A stretch of 64,000 bases of DNA, taken from the IMG/VR virus record IMGVR_UViG_3300038465_000068, positions 3,053 to 67,052 of that record. One strand, given 5' to 3'. Positions 48,139 through 56,613 of the stretch are shown here, piece by piece (the stretch's first letter is position 1; each line of letters opens with the position of its first letter). A program made the translations under genes and the position numbers. The notes beneath the pieces are model-generated. The model was not told the origin of the DNA, did not search any database, and saw only the letters and a program-made list of their open reading frames with translations. Source of the stretch: a virus.

Positions 48139-51100
48139 GCCGGGCGATACACCGCCTGCTGGGCGGCGAACAATTCCGCAGCGCGCGGCGTCTTGGGATC
48201 AAGGCTTCGCCATTCCTTGTATAGATTATGCCCGCCGCCGCCCTTGGGGCTTTTCGCCTCGATCAGGGCAGGCGGTGCGATCAGCACCTCACCGATCTGG
48301 CCGTTCTTGAACTGGACGTTGACGGCGCGGTCGAAATATCCCTCGGCCTTCATCTTGTAGCCCTCGTCAGTTGCCGGGAATTTCTCGGCGAGCGCCTTGG
48401 CGACGGCATTGGCCTGTTCCAGCGTGTCGACGGCGAAGGTGCCGCGCACGATGTCGGTCACACCAGCAGGCGCGCGACCGGCCGCCATCTTGCGCAGCGT
48501 GGCGTGAAAATCTTTCACCAGAACGCGGGGCATTTCCTTGACGCCTGCCGCGCGCCATTGCGTGCCGGTCTCGTCGGCGATCTTGCTGGCGGTCTCGTCC
48601 AGCGTCGCCTTGTTGGCCTCGGCTCCTGCATAGACTTGCTCGATGCTGTGGAGCGGGCTGTTCTTGATCCATATGTCCTTGACGTTGCGCGAGTCGAGCG
48701 GGCCCACACCCTTGTTGCCGGGATTGTTGAGGTGGTCGGCCATGCGCTCATAGGCGTCATCCTCGTCAAGGCTTTCGAGATACGTCGGGCCTTGGTGCGC
48801 GCCATCACCCCACGATTCTGATGAACCGGCGTTGTTGCCACCGCCGGTCCAGCGGCCATCCTCGTCACGCGGCTCGGTCTCGCTGTACTTGGCGAACTGC
48901 TTGGCGAAGGCGCGCGCCAGCATCTTGCGCAGGCCCTTCTCCTCGGCCCAGCCGTCGTTGATCGGCGCGTGCACCTCCGGCCCGAACACCAGCGGGAAAG
49001 CTGGCGGCGTGGTCCCGGTCAGGTCTTTGCCGCCGCTGTCATAGGACAGGGTGACGTGGGTGAGATATTGCGGCCAGTCGTGCGATGCGCCCGCCGCCAT
49101 GGCTTCCTTGTGCCGGGCTTGCAGGTCATCGCTGTGGAAGTGCAGCACGACCGCACCCTTGTCGCCCAGCCCCATGATACCGCGCCGACCGCCGACCGCC
49201 GACACGGTGTCATCGTTCGGCTCCAGCGCCACCGGCTTGCGGCTATAGACCTGCGTGACGTGCATTTCGTGGGGCGGCACGAGATTTGGGATACCAGCGC
49301 GGGACGCCCATGCGTGCAGGCGCTCGGCATTGGCTAGTGGGCGATGGACGTACAGGCTGTCTGGCACGGCCAGCTTGCGCACCGCAGCCAGCGCGCCGTC
49401 GAAGGTGATCGACTTGGTCATGTCCGGGTCGGTGGAGGAAAAACGGCCATGCTCGTCATGGCTGGGGTTGAACTTCGCGACAGCGCCTAGCGCCTCGCCG
49501 AAGGTCAGCGCGCGCTTTTGCGCTTCAAGCTGGGAAGCCCACCGATCCCTAATCCCCCGCCATAGGTCTCCGGCGCTGCGTCCTTGATATTGGGATGGAT
49601 CGGATGCAATGGCCGCTTCGTAAGCGGCGCGTCCTCGTGCCCGCTGGTCGGCGTCGGTTCCTGTCCCTTCGTGGTCTCCGATGAACTCTGCATGACCGGC
49701 GGTCCTTGTGGCGTCGACATTGTGGGCAGCGGCAAAATCACCGACAGCGTGCCCAAGGGAGCCGTCAGTGTCCACCACCAGAACGCGGGTGCCGGAGGTG
49801 CTGGGAACTAAGGTGTGGAACCCGATGCCTGCTTTCAAGAGGGCGGCATGGGTTTCGGCAGGCTGGCCGGGCACCGTCAGGTCATACAGGGCGTGTGGCC
49901 CGTCCTGCGCCTTGTTGAACACAAGGACGGCCTTCTGGTTGGCGAGGTGGCCCTTCATCACCGTGGCCAGCCGCAAGGCTGCTGGGCTCGCTGTGTCGCT
50001 CTCCGTGAGGGTGGCGTTCTCTGCACCGTCCGACCATGCCCCGATCACCCCGGCCTGCTGGCTGACCAGCCCCAGCCGGTTGTCGATGTCCCGGGACATT
50101 GCCTCAAAAACCTTCTGGCGCGGCCCGGACAGGTCGTGCACCGCGCCGCCGAAATCCTTGTCGTGGATGCTGGCGCTGGCGAACGCCATGCCTGTCCACT
50201 TCCCGTCCTCGTCGCGGGGCTGATCCGGGTCGAATTTCTCGATGTGCCCGTCCACCGGGATCACGATGTAGAACGTAAGCGGCGGCCCGACCTTGCCGAA
50301 CAACAGCTTCTCGGCCTCCTTCGCTGACAGCGGCTTGATCCATTCCGGCTTAATCGGGCCAATGTGCCGCCACGCCGGATTTTCCCCAGTGAACGGATTG
50401 GGCTCAAACCTTTCGTCGGGTTTGACGTTGGGCGATTCCTCCGGCGGCAGGGTGACGCGCAGCAGCACAGGCTTCGTTCCGGTTTGCTCGGCCGCGTATT
50501 CGGCAAAGCGCGCTGCAACATCGGGGTACGGCGACATATAGACGGACATCTTGCGGTCGCCTGCCATCATGGTCTCGCGGGGCATGCCGCGCTCAATTCC
50601 CCACTTGTCAGCACCTTCGCCCTTGTGCGGGATCAAGCCCTCTTTCTTGATCGCCGCCAGCGCAGCCTTCGCGGTGCCGTGATAGAACGTGCCGCCGCCA
50701 GCCCAGCGCCCATGGTCATCCCGCTCCTCGTCGGGGTTGAACTTGCGCACGGCCGCCAGCGCAGTAGCGAAGTCCATGGCAGGCGTCGGGCTGGGCGGCG
50801 GCTTTGACAGCCAGTGCGGCAGCTTGTGCGCCATTTCCATTTCCAGCACGTCGATATTCAATTTGCCGCCGCTCTCCCACACGCCGCCATCAGCCTTGGT
50901 GATCGGCGAACTTTTGAAGTCCGGCGCGGCATCCTTCCATGCGTCCCACTTCTGCCAAGCCGTGCCCATCACCACAATCTCGCGCTCGCTCTGCACATTC
51001 TGGCCATAGACCGGGACGGACAGGATCGCGGTGCGCGGCACGCTGGCGCGCAGCACAACGCGGGTTTCATTGTCCGGGTGGAAGCCGACGCCACCCCAGC

Positions 51101-53282
51101 CGTTTGCCACGCTGCGGGTCGCTGTGGTGGACATCGCGCCGTTTCGCATGACGTTGATCTCGGGCAGCTTGGTGAAGCCATCGACCCGGACCTTCGGTGT
51201 CGCAGCAATGTCTTTGCCAGACAGCATGACGCCGCGATAGACCTGCACCACCGGCTTGTCGGCCTTGGCGAGGAGATACTGGGTGGTCTCCCACTTCGCG
51301 CGGACATAAGCCTTCACGCCGTCATAGCCGCCGACGTTGGCAAAGATGGAGTTGGCGTCGCTCTTGATCGAGTTGAGGTCATCGGTGTCGAAGTGCGCGA
51401 CGTTCAACCGGCCGCCCATTTCCTCGGCGGCGGCGACTTGCAGGATGCGGCCGTTGGTGCCGCTCGACGATTCCTTCCAGCCGCCCCAGACCTTTTCGTC
51501 GGTGTTTTTGATGTCCTGCATCGTCGGCTCGTCATCGCTGGCCGACCCTGACAGCGCGATCTTTTTGATCCCGCGCGCGCGCATCAGTTCCTTCGTCCGG
51601 CTCTGCGACAGCGCCTCGGCGAGGTCATGGGTGCGGCTGTAATCCTCGGAGTCGACGCTGCCGTCCTCGCTGTCACCGCTGGATGATGTCAGATATTCGT
51701 CGGACAGATTGTTCTGGGCGAACTTGTATTTATCGTCGTCGTCCGTGCTGTCCCAGCTTTCTTGAATCGAGGACTTGGCGGCATCGGCAAGATAGTCTGG
51801 CGGGTCCATGTTACCGGCGCGCTTGTCGCGCTCGATGGCGAAGGCGTCTCTGATCTTGGTGTCGAGACCTTCGCGCATTTCCTGCGTCAGGCGGTCCTGC
51901 GGCTTCTCCGGCTCGACGCCAACAAAGTTCGGATCGGGGTCAAAGCCTTCCGGGCTGTCGAGGGAACTGCCGCCGAACTCCACGCCACTATGCTTGTCGA
52001 GCCTGTCGCCACTGGTATTGAGCGTGATGGCGTCGTCCAGTTGCTCGACCGTGAACGGGATTTTCTTTTCGCCATCCTCCTCGCGGTCATCGAAGTGCTC
52101 TTGGATCGCATCGCGCAACCACTGGCGGCCCTTGTCGCCGCCGGTTTCGTTGTCGGCGATGTCGGTGGCCGCGTCCTCTGGCGCTTGGTTCTCGCGCCAC
52201 TGGTTTTCCTGATAGTCCACCTCCTGCTGGAGATTGTTTTCGAGGTACGCCTCCTCGGCCTTCGTCTGCGCATCACCTGTCAGGCCATCCCAGTCCGTCG
52301 CCTTGCCATCGCTATCGCCAACAGCGTCGCCGATGGGCTCGACGTGCTCCGGCATGTCGACGTGCAGCGTTTCCTTGCTGGGAAAGAACTCTGGAAATCG
52401 CTGGTCGACCTGCGCAAATTTCATGTCGTCAGAAAATGCGTCAAAGTGCACCCCAGCCTTCAACTCTGCCGCATCGGTGAAGTCTGGAACTTTCATGTTG
52501 AACACATTCTCGGCAGCGGCATGGTCAAAGGCGATTTTCGCCGCGCTCGCCAACGCAATGCGGTCATGCGGGTCCATGCCAGGATAGGCGTTAGGATCGA
52601 GTGTGATGTTGCCGGAAGTGTCGACCGATAGCGCGCTGCCGAGCGTTTTATAATCCGCCAGTTGTATATTGTTGCCGTTCGTAACAGTCAGCATATTCGC
52701 CCCGCCGCTGGACATGCCGGTGCCACCACCACGCGCAGCAGTCAGCGCGCGCATTTTCCAGTCATCAATCTGAAATTCTGCTCCCGGTACTACGCCTTGG
52801 AGCGTCTGCATCCTCGGGTTTTTCACGAGATCGGCGATAGCAACAGCCTTGCCTGGGCCGCGCTGCCAGTCGGCGTTCATTTGATATTGAAAGTCGGTTA
52901 TGTTGCGGGCGATGTAGTTAATGCGGACAGCCGCCTTTTGCGGCGCGGTCAAATCGCCAAAACCTTTCGGGTCTTTGCTGAAATCGGCGGGTGCGGTAAG
53001 CCGCGCGGTCAGCTTTTCGAGGTCAGGTTTCACGCCCTGAAACTGGCGCTCCATGCGGACAGCGGCGTTCTTGTTCCACTCGTCGCCGCCGACGTCGGTG
53101 ACGCGGGCATCCAGCGCAGGCTCGCCACCAAGGCCGGTGGCCGCCGCCACGGCAGCACCGCCTGCGCCGCCGCCGCTGGCAAATTCGCCGCCCTGCGACG
53201 TCCCAGCAGGCTCGTGGTTCGGGTTATACTTGTGGAGAAGGGACGCGGCGGCCATGGCCTCGTCGAATGTCATCGCCCCCAC
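48069..53282 (-). CDS. multi-effector polyprotein (two ART-like domains, unknown domain, Acb1-like 2H phosphoesterase, RelA/SpoT-like domain)
   Basis: YRG/MSTT/EREIVV; FYHGT..IKKEGL; HVTQVYS/HVTLSY; DIVRG/GYFD/GEVLI/HNLY; repeated linker motif. Confidence 0.85.
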   Translation of the reverse strand: MGAMTFDEAMAAASLLHKYNPNHEPAGTSQGGEFASGGGAGGAAVAAATGLGGEPALDARVTDVGGDEWNKNAAVRMERQFQGVKPDLEKLTARLTAPADFSKDPKGFGDLTAPQKAAVRINYIARNITDFQYQMNADWQRGPGKAVAIADLVKNPRMQTLQGVVPGAEFQIDDWKMRALTAARGGGTGMSSGGANMLTVTNGNNIQLADYKTLGSALSVDTSGNITLDPNAYPGMDPHDRIALASAAKIAFDHAAAENVFNMKVPDFTDAAELKAGVHFDAFSDDMKFAQVDQRFPEFFPSKETLHVDMPEHVEPIGDAVGDSDGKATDWDGLTGDAQTKAEEAYLENNLQQEVDYQENQWRENQAPEDAATDIADNETGGDKGRQWLRDAIQEHFDDREEDGEKKIPFTVEQLDDAITLNTSGDRLDKHSGVEFGGSSLDSPEGFDPDPNFVGVEPEKPQDRLTQEMREGLDTKIRDAFAIERDKRAGNMDPPDYLADAAKSSIQESWDSTDDDDKYKFAQNNLSDEYLTSSSGDSEDGSVDSEDYSRTHDLAEALSQSRTKELMRARGIKKIALSGSASDDEPTMQDIKNTDEKVWGGWKESSSGTNGRILQVAAAEEMGGRLNVAHFDTDDLNSIKSDANSIFANVGGYDGVKAYVRAKWETTQYLLAKADKPVVQVYRGVMLSGKDIAATPKVRVDGFTKLPEINVMRNGAMSTTATRSVANGWGGVGFHPDNETRVVLRASVPRTAILSVPVYGQNVQSEREIVVMGTAWQKWDAWKDAAPDFKSSPITKADGGVWESGGKLNIDVLEMEMAHKLPHWLSKPPPSPTPAMDFATALAAVRKFNPDEERDDHGRWAGGGTFYHGTAKAALAAIKKEGLIPHKGEGADKWGIERGMPRETMMAGDRKMSVYMSPYPDVAARFAEYAAEQTGTKPVLLRVTLPPEESPNVKPDERFEPNPFTGENPAWRHIGPIKPEWIKPLSAKEAEKLLFGKVGPPLTFYIVIPVDGHIEKFDPDQPRDEDGKWTGMAFASASIHDKDFGGAVHDLSGPRQKVFEAMSRDIDNRLGLVSQQAGVIGAWSDGAENATLTESDTASPAALRLATVMKGHLANQKAVLVFNKAQDGPHALYDLTVPGQPAETHAALLKAGIGFHTLVPSTSGTRVLVVDTDGSLGHAVGDFAAAHNVDATRTAGHAEFIGDHEGTGTDADQRARGRAAYEAAIASDPSQYQGRSAGDLWRGIRDRWASQLEAQKRALTFGEALGAVAKFNPSHDEHGRFSSTDPDMTKSITFDGALAAVRKLAVPDSLYVHRPLANAERLHAWASRAGIPNLVPPHEMHVTQVYSRKPVALEPNDDTVSAVGGRRGIMGLGDKGAVVLHFHSDDLQARHKEAMAAGASHDWPQYLTHVTLSYDSGGKDLTGTTPPAFPLVFGPEVHAPINDGWAEEKGLRKMLARAFAKQFAKYSETEPRDEDGRWTGGGNNAGSSESWGDGAHQGPTYLESLDEDDAYERMADHLNNPGNKGVGPLDSRNVKDIWIKNSPLHSIEQVYAGAEANKATLDETASKIADETGTQWRAAGVKEMPRVLVKDFHATLRKMAAGRAPAGVTDIVRGTFAVDTLEQANAVAKALAEKFPATDEGYKMKAEGYFDRAVNVQFKNGQIGEVLIAPPALIEAKSPKGGGGHNLYKEWRSLDPKTPRAAELFAAQQAVYRPAYDSLSAGWKAAVGNFPAPAAAA

Positions 53283-53388
53283 CGCTAGTCTCCCCCCATG
53301 GCCAACGATTCCCCGCTGGACAAGTTATGCGACGAGGACAGGGCGTTCGTCTATGCCATTGCCGGGATATGGCGGCGGATCGAGGCGC

Positions 53389-53745
53389 TCAAGCTGGTAT
53401 TTGCGGAAGGTCCGAAACGGGTTGCTCTTGAGGTTGCGCTGGAGAACCTGACAGCCATCGTCCGGTCAACGGTCGTCGTGCCGGGTCGCGAAGGTCAGCA
53501 GGATCATCGGGATAGTACGTCCAATGCGTCCAGCCAGTCCGCTCGCCCCGCTCCACATACCCCCCACCCTTGACGTGGACGCGGTCGCCGGGCTGGGCCC
53601 AGCGTATCCGGCGCTCGACAAAGGCCATCAGCACAACGTCGTTGCCCTTGAGCACCGGCCAGACGATGTCGCCGTCATAGCCGATGCTGGCCAAGAATTT
53701 GTCCATGGTCTCGTCCATGCGGCGCTTCACGTCGGCGTAATTCAC
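53389..53745 (-). CDS. hypothetical protein
   Basis: GTGA-coupled; competing + strand ORF at 53298-53573. Confidence 0.5.
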   Translation of the reverse strand: MNYADVKRRMDETMDKFLASIGYDGDIVWPVLKGNDVVLMAFVERRIRWAQPGDRVHVKGGGYVERGERTGWTHWTYYPDDPADLRDPARRPLTGRWLSGSPAQPQEQPVSDLPQIPA

Positions 53746-54032
53746 GTCTTTGGCTTCCTGATTTTGCGCGCGACCGCCAACTGCGCCGCCACCAGCTTGC
53801 CGCGCTCGGTCAGCGTGACGTGCACCTTGACCATGCCGCGCCCGGCCAGCGCGCGCAGGCTGATGTTGGGCGCTATGTCGGTGAAATCTGCCACCCGACC
53901 GCGCACCGCGCCGATCTTGGTCAGCGCATATCGCTGGGTCTCGCTAAGGCGCGGCTCGCCCCGGTGACTCATAAATCGGCCCGGATGCTTCCGGCGTGGA
54001 TCGTATAATCTTTTGGCGGCGGCTCGATCCAT
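53742..54032 (-). CDS. winged-helix-like protein
   Basis: LSETQRYAL...LRALAGRGMV...LTERGK. Confidence 0.55.
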   Translation of the reverse strand: MDRAAAKRLYDPRRKHPGRFMSHRGEPRLSETQRYALTKIGAVRGRVADFTDIAPNISLRALAGRGMVKVHVTLTERGKLVAAQLAVARKIRKPKT

Positions 54033-54331
54033 TCAACATAGGCTGAATTGTTGCGCATCGCGGCGGTGTGCTGCGGCTCGGCCTTCGCCACCGACATCAC
54101 GACAAAGCCGTCCTTGAGGCCCTGCGGGTTGTCCTCCGGCCGGGCGATATAGGTGATGGTGCGGCCGAGACTGTCGCCGGTCAGCGCGCCGGTCGCGTGG
54201 TCAAATTCCTGCAACAGCAGCAAGTCGCCGGGCTGGAAATCCCGGTCGGCCTTGCGCAGTTCGTGGACCTTGAGACCAGACCGCGCGGCGGCGAATTGAT
54301 CGGGCCAGATTTTCAGGCGGTGTGCGCGCAT
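53969..54331 (-). CDS. DUF3850/ASCH-domain protein
   Basis: HRLKIWPDQF...G.K.HELRKADRDFQPGDLLLLQEF. Confidence 0.85.
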   Translation of the reverse strand: MRAHRLKIWPDQFAAARSGLKVHELRKADRDFQPGDLLLLQEFDHATGALTGDSLGRTITYIARPEDNPQGLKDGFVVMSVAKAEPQHTAAMRNNSAYVEWIEPPPKDYTIHAGSIRADL

Positions 54332-54861
54332 CAGGTTCCTACCTTGTGGATTTCTTGGCCATCGTTTTCCAACCAGATGAAATCACCATCCTCACCAATC
54401 GGGAAGTGCTTGCAGCAGGTGGAACAGAATGTGCCTTGGTAAAAGAACGGATCGCGGGCGATTGTCTCGCACAGCGCACGGCTCATGGTGGTGACAGCAC
54501 CGCACTTGCCATGCCTGTAGGCGCTGCGCACAGGCCGCACAAAACCCTTGGCGCGCTCCTCGGCCGACAGCACGACATAATCCTGCTGCTGGCCATTGGG
54601 CTTGAGTTCTTTGTGCTTGGGGTCGTTGGGATCGCCGCCGCCGATCAGTTCGCGCGCGTTGCGGTCGACTGGGATGCTGGCGTTCTGCTTCATGCGCCAC
54701 GCCTCGATGGCGCTTGTGGCACGGGTCACGCGCCTCACGGCTGAATCGTACAGGTCTTTGGCCTTCGTCAGTTCGCGCGACGCGGCGGCGACATTCTCCT
54801 GCGCATCAGACCATTCGTTGTGAAGGTCGTACTCCTCGTCCGAAACGGAATCCTCTGGCAT
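54331..54861 (-). CDS. conserved phage zinc-binding protein
   Basis: YVVLSAEERAKGFVRPVR..Y.H..CG...TFC..C. Confidence 0.75.
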   Translation of the reverse strand: MPEDSVSDEEYDLHNEWSDAQENVAAASRELTKAKDLYDSAVRRVTRATSAIEAWRMKQNASIPVDRNARELIGGGDPNDPKHKELKPNGQQQDYVVLSAEERAKGFVRPVRSAYRHGKCGAVTTMSRALCETIARDPFFYQGTFCSTCCKHFPIGEDGDFIWLENDGQEIHKVGT

Positions 54862-55031
54862 CAGCGTTTGGCCTTTTTCTTTTTCGACCCGGCGCTGGCG
54901 GCCTTGGCCGTGATCTCGGTGATGTTGAGCGGGCCCATGCAGCGGTGATTCCATTCTGCCGTGCCGCAATGTCGGCACTTCGGCGCGGCGCACGCCTTGG
55001 TCCGCTTTTCTTGTGGTTCGGGCTTGCCCAT
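54861..55031 (-). CDS. small Cys/His protein
   Basis: PKCRHCG...HRC; TGATG coupling. Confidence 0.5.
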   Translation of the reverse strand: MGKPEPQEKRTKACAAPKCRHCGTAEWNHRCMGPLNITEITAKAASAGSKKKKAKR

Positions 55032-55206
55032 CAGCCTATTGGTCCTTCGTATTGCGCCAGCCGCGCCTCTGCGGCCAGCGCCCGTTTGAGATAGTAGCAC
55101 GCGAGGCCGCGCCAGAAGTCATTGACCTTGGCAAAAGCCTTGGCCGCCATTTCCTCCCGCGTCGGGGCATAAGCGTAGTTTTTCCGACCCTTCGGCGTCA
55201 CGCGAG

Positions 55207-55518
55207 TTAGCCCTGCGTGATGGTGGCAGGCTCAAGGCTGGCCAGCAGCGCGGCAAAGTCCTTGGCCTGCTGTTCCAGCGTGGCGGGCTGCACGCGCTTG
55301 TCGAAATCGAATATGCCCTTGATTTGGCGGCCGACGAACGAACCGAGGCTGGGCGCTTCCAACATCGCGGCCCATACCTCTGGCGGCACGTTGAGATAGG
55401 CATAGAGGCAAGGCGACGAGGCGTATTTGAAAACGACGCGCAATTCCCGGCTCTCGGGGAAATAGACCGCGCTGGAAAGCTGGCTGCTGGCCTCGATGCG
55501 CTTGGCGAAGGTGTCCAT
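55207..55518 (-). CDS. KTSC-domain protein
   Basis: SSQLSSAVY...LRVVF...YAYLNVPPEVW..MLEAPSLGSF...IKG. Confidence 0.85.
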   Translation of the reverse strand: MDTFAKRIEASSQLSSAVYFPESRELRVVFKYASSPCLYAYLNVPPEVWAAMLEAPSLGSFVGRQIKGIFDFDKRVQPATLEQQAKDFAALLASLEPATITQG

Positions 55519-55544
55519 GGTATTGTCCTGTTCGGGTTGGCCGA

Positions 55545-55576
55545 TTGCATATAGGCCAATCCGTCCTATATGACAA
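55545..55576. promoter_or_regulatory. overlapping bidirectional promoter centred on operator 55551-55569
   Basis: Minus TTGTCA-N17-TATATG; plus TTGCAT-N16-TATATG. Confidence 0.7.
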
Positions 55577-55597
55577 GGAACCGCAGAGGAGAAAACG

Positions 55598-55762
55598 ATG
55601 ACCGACTTCGAGAAAATCCGCCAGCGCCGCGAAATTATCAAGCAGCAAATACAGGCCCTCAAGGCCGAGGATCACGACCTCGGATGCGCCGAGGAGACCC
55701 TGAGACGACTCAGCCATACCGAGGTGGCCGTGCGCGCGCCGCTGGCCGTCGCCAAGGGATAG
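55598..55762 (+). CDS. 54-aa coiled-coil protein (not in ORF track)
   Basis: GAGGAG RBS; MTDFEKIRQRREIIKQQIQALKAEDHDL. Confidence 0.6.
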   Translation: MTDFEKIRQRREIIKQQIQALKAEDHDLGCAEETLRRLSHTEVAVRAPLAVAKG

Positions 55763-55830
55763 AATCAGCTTATAGGTGGAAACGGCACCCGGTCCCCTGA
55801 TTGGTCGTGCCTCGCCAACGGCGATAACTT

Positions 55831-55857
55831 GGCCCGGAGCGATCCGGGCCTTTTTTC
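55831..55857 (+). terminator. rho-independent terminator
   Basis: GGCCCGGA-GCGA-TCCGGGCC-TTTTTT. Confidence 0.85.
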
Positions 55858-56034
55858 TTAGCCCGGGCCGCCGCTGAGATAGACAAGCCCGACGGCACAG
55901 CCGATTGCGATAGCGGTCGCGCCAGCAAAGCCAAAGATGGCCGACAGCACCAAGCCAGCGCCCAGCATGTGCAGCGTGAACATAATAGCCAGCCAGATGG
56001 CCGCCCAGATCGCGACAGCTATCGCCTCGATCAT
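55858..56034 (-). CDS. small two-TM membrane protein (not in ORF track)
   Basis: MIEAIAVAIWAAIWLAIMFTLHMLGAGLVLSAIFGFAG...; ATGA coupling. Confidence 0.55.
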   Translation of the reverse strand: MIEAIAVAIWAAIWLAIMFTLHMLGAGLVLSAIFGFAGATAIAIGCAVGLVYLSGGPG

Positions 56035-56471
56035 GCCGTTTTCTCGGCAGCTTTATTTTTCTCGGCAACGCCTTCAAGCCGCGCCGCCTCGTGCCCGGCG
56101 CTGATGCGCGCCTGCTTCTCCAGTGCGAGACGGCTGGCCTCACTCTCGTCATGGAGTAGCTGCGCCTTCTCGACCAGCTTTTCCACATGCGGGCCTTGCG
56201 CGGCATGGCGTTCGTCAAGCTGACGCTCGGCCCACGCTTGCAGGCAATCGAAGTCGCAAAAGTGGTGCTGGAGGATCACGTCATGCCGGTCATGGTGCGT
56301 AATGTCGATGTTGCCCAGCGTCGGGTGGGCGAGCACGTCCACGACCTCGGTGCCAGCCTTCACCGGGATGCGGACACCCTGCGCCATCAGGTGAAAGCTA
56401 CGGCCTTCACCCTCGCTGATGTTCTTGCCGCAGTTCGGCGCGTCGCAGGTGATGACTTGTTCGCGTGCCAT
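56031..56471 (-). CDS. zinc-finger protein
   Basis: ITCDAPNCG...HFCDFDCL; true start at 56471 (upstream is RNA genes). Confidence 0.7.
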   Translation of the reverse strand: MAREQVITCDAPNCGKNISEGEGRSFHLMAQGVRIPVKAGTEVVDVLAHPTLGNIDITHHDRHDVILQHHFCDFDCLQAWAERQLDERHAAQGPHVEKLVEKAQLLHDESEASRLALEKQARISAGHEAARLEGVAEKNKAAEKTA

Positions 56472-56531
56472 TGGTGTCCCGCTCTGGAAAGTGATGCGGA
56501 CAATCTGGCCTGATTTGGCTGGCCGAGCAAG

Positions 56532-56604
56532 TGGTGGACGGGCCGAGGAGTCGAACCTCGTTTCCCCGCGCCGATGGCGTGGGGCGCGTCCCGCCGCGCC
56601 CGCC
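56532..56604 (-). ncRNA. 73-nt tRNA-like RNA with aberrant D and anticodon arms
   Basis: Acceptor GGCGGGC/GCCCGTC, T arm CGAGG-TTCGACT-CCTCG, 3' ACCA. Confidence 0.7.
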
Positions 56605-56613
56605 TTGAATTTC

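Noticed and set aside
53298-53573. + strand ORF divergent from the polyprotein as a second immunity gene
   Set aside because: The N-terminal half looks protein-like, but there is no RBS and it overlaps the coupled minus-strand ORF 53389-53745; unresolved
56532-56604. Calling this element or the nested one a functional tRNA-Met/Ile
   Set aside because: No U8 or U33 and no canonical 7-nt anticodon loop, so both are reported only as tRNA-like
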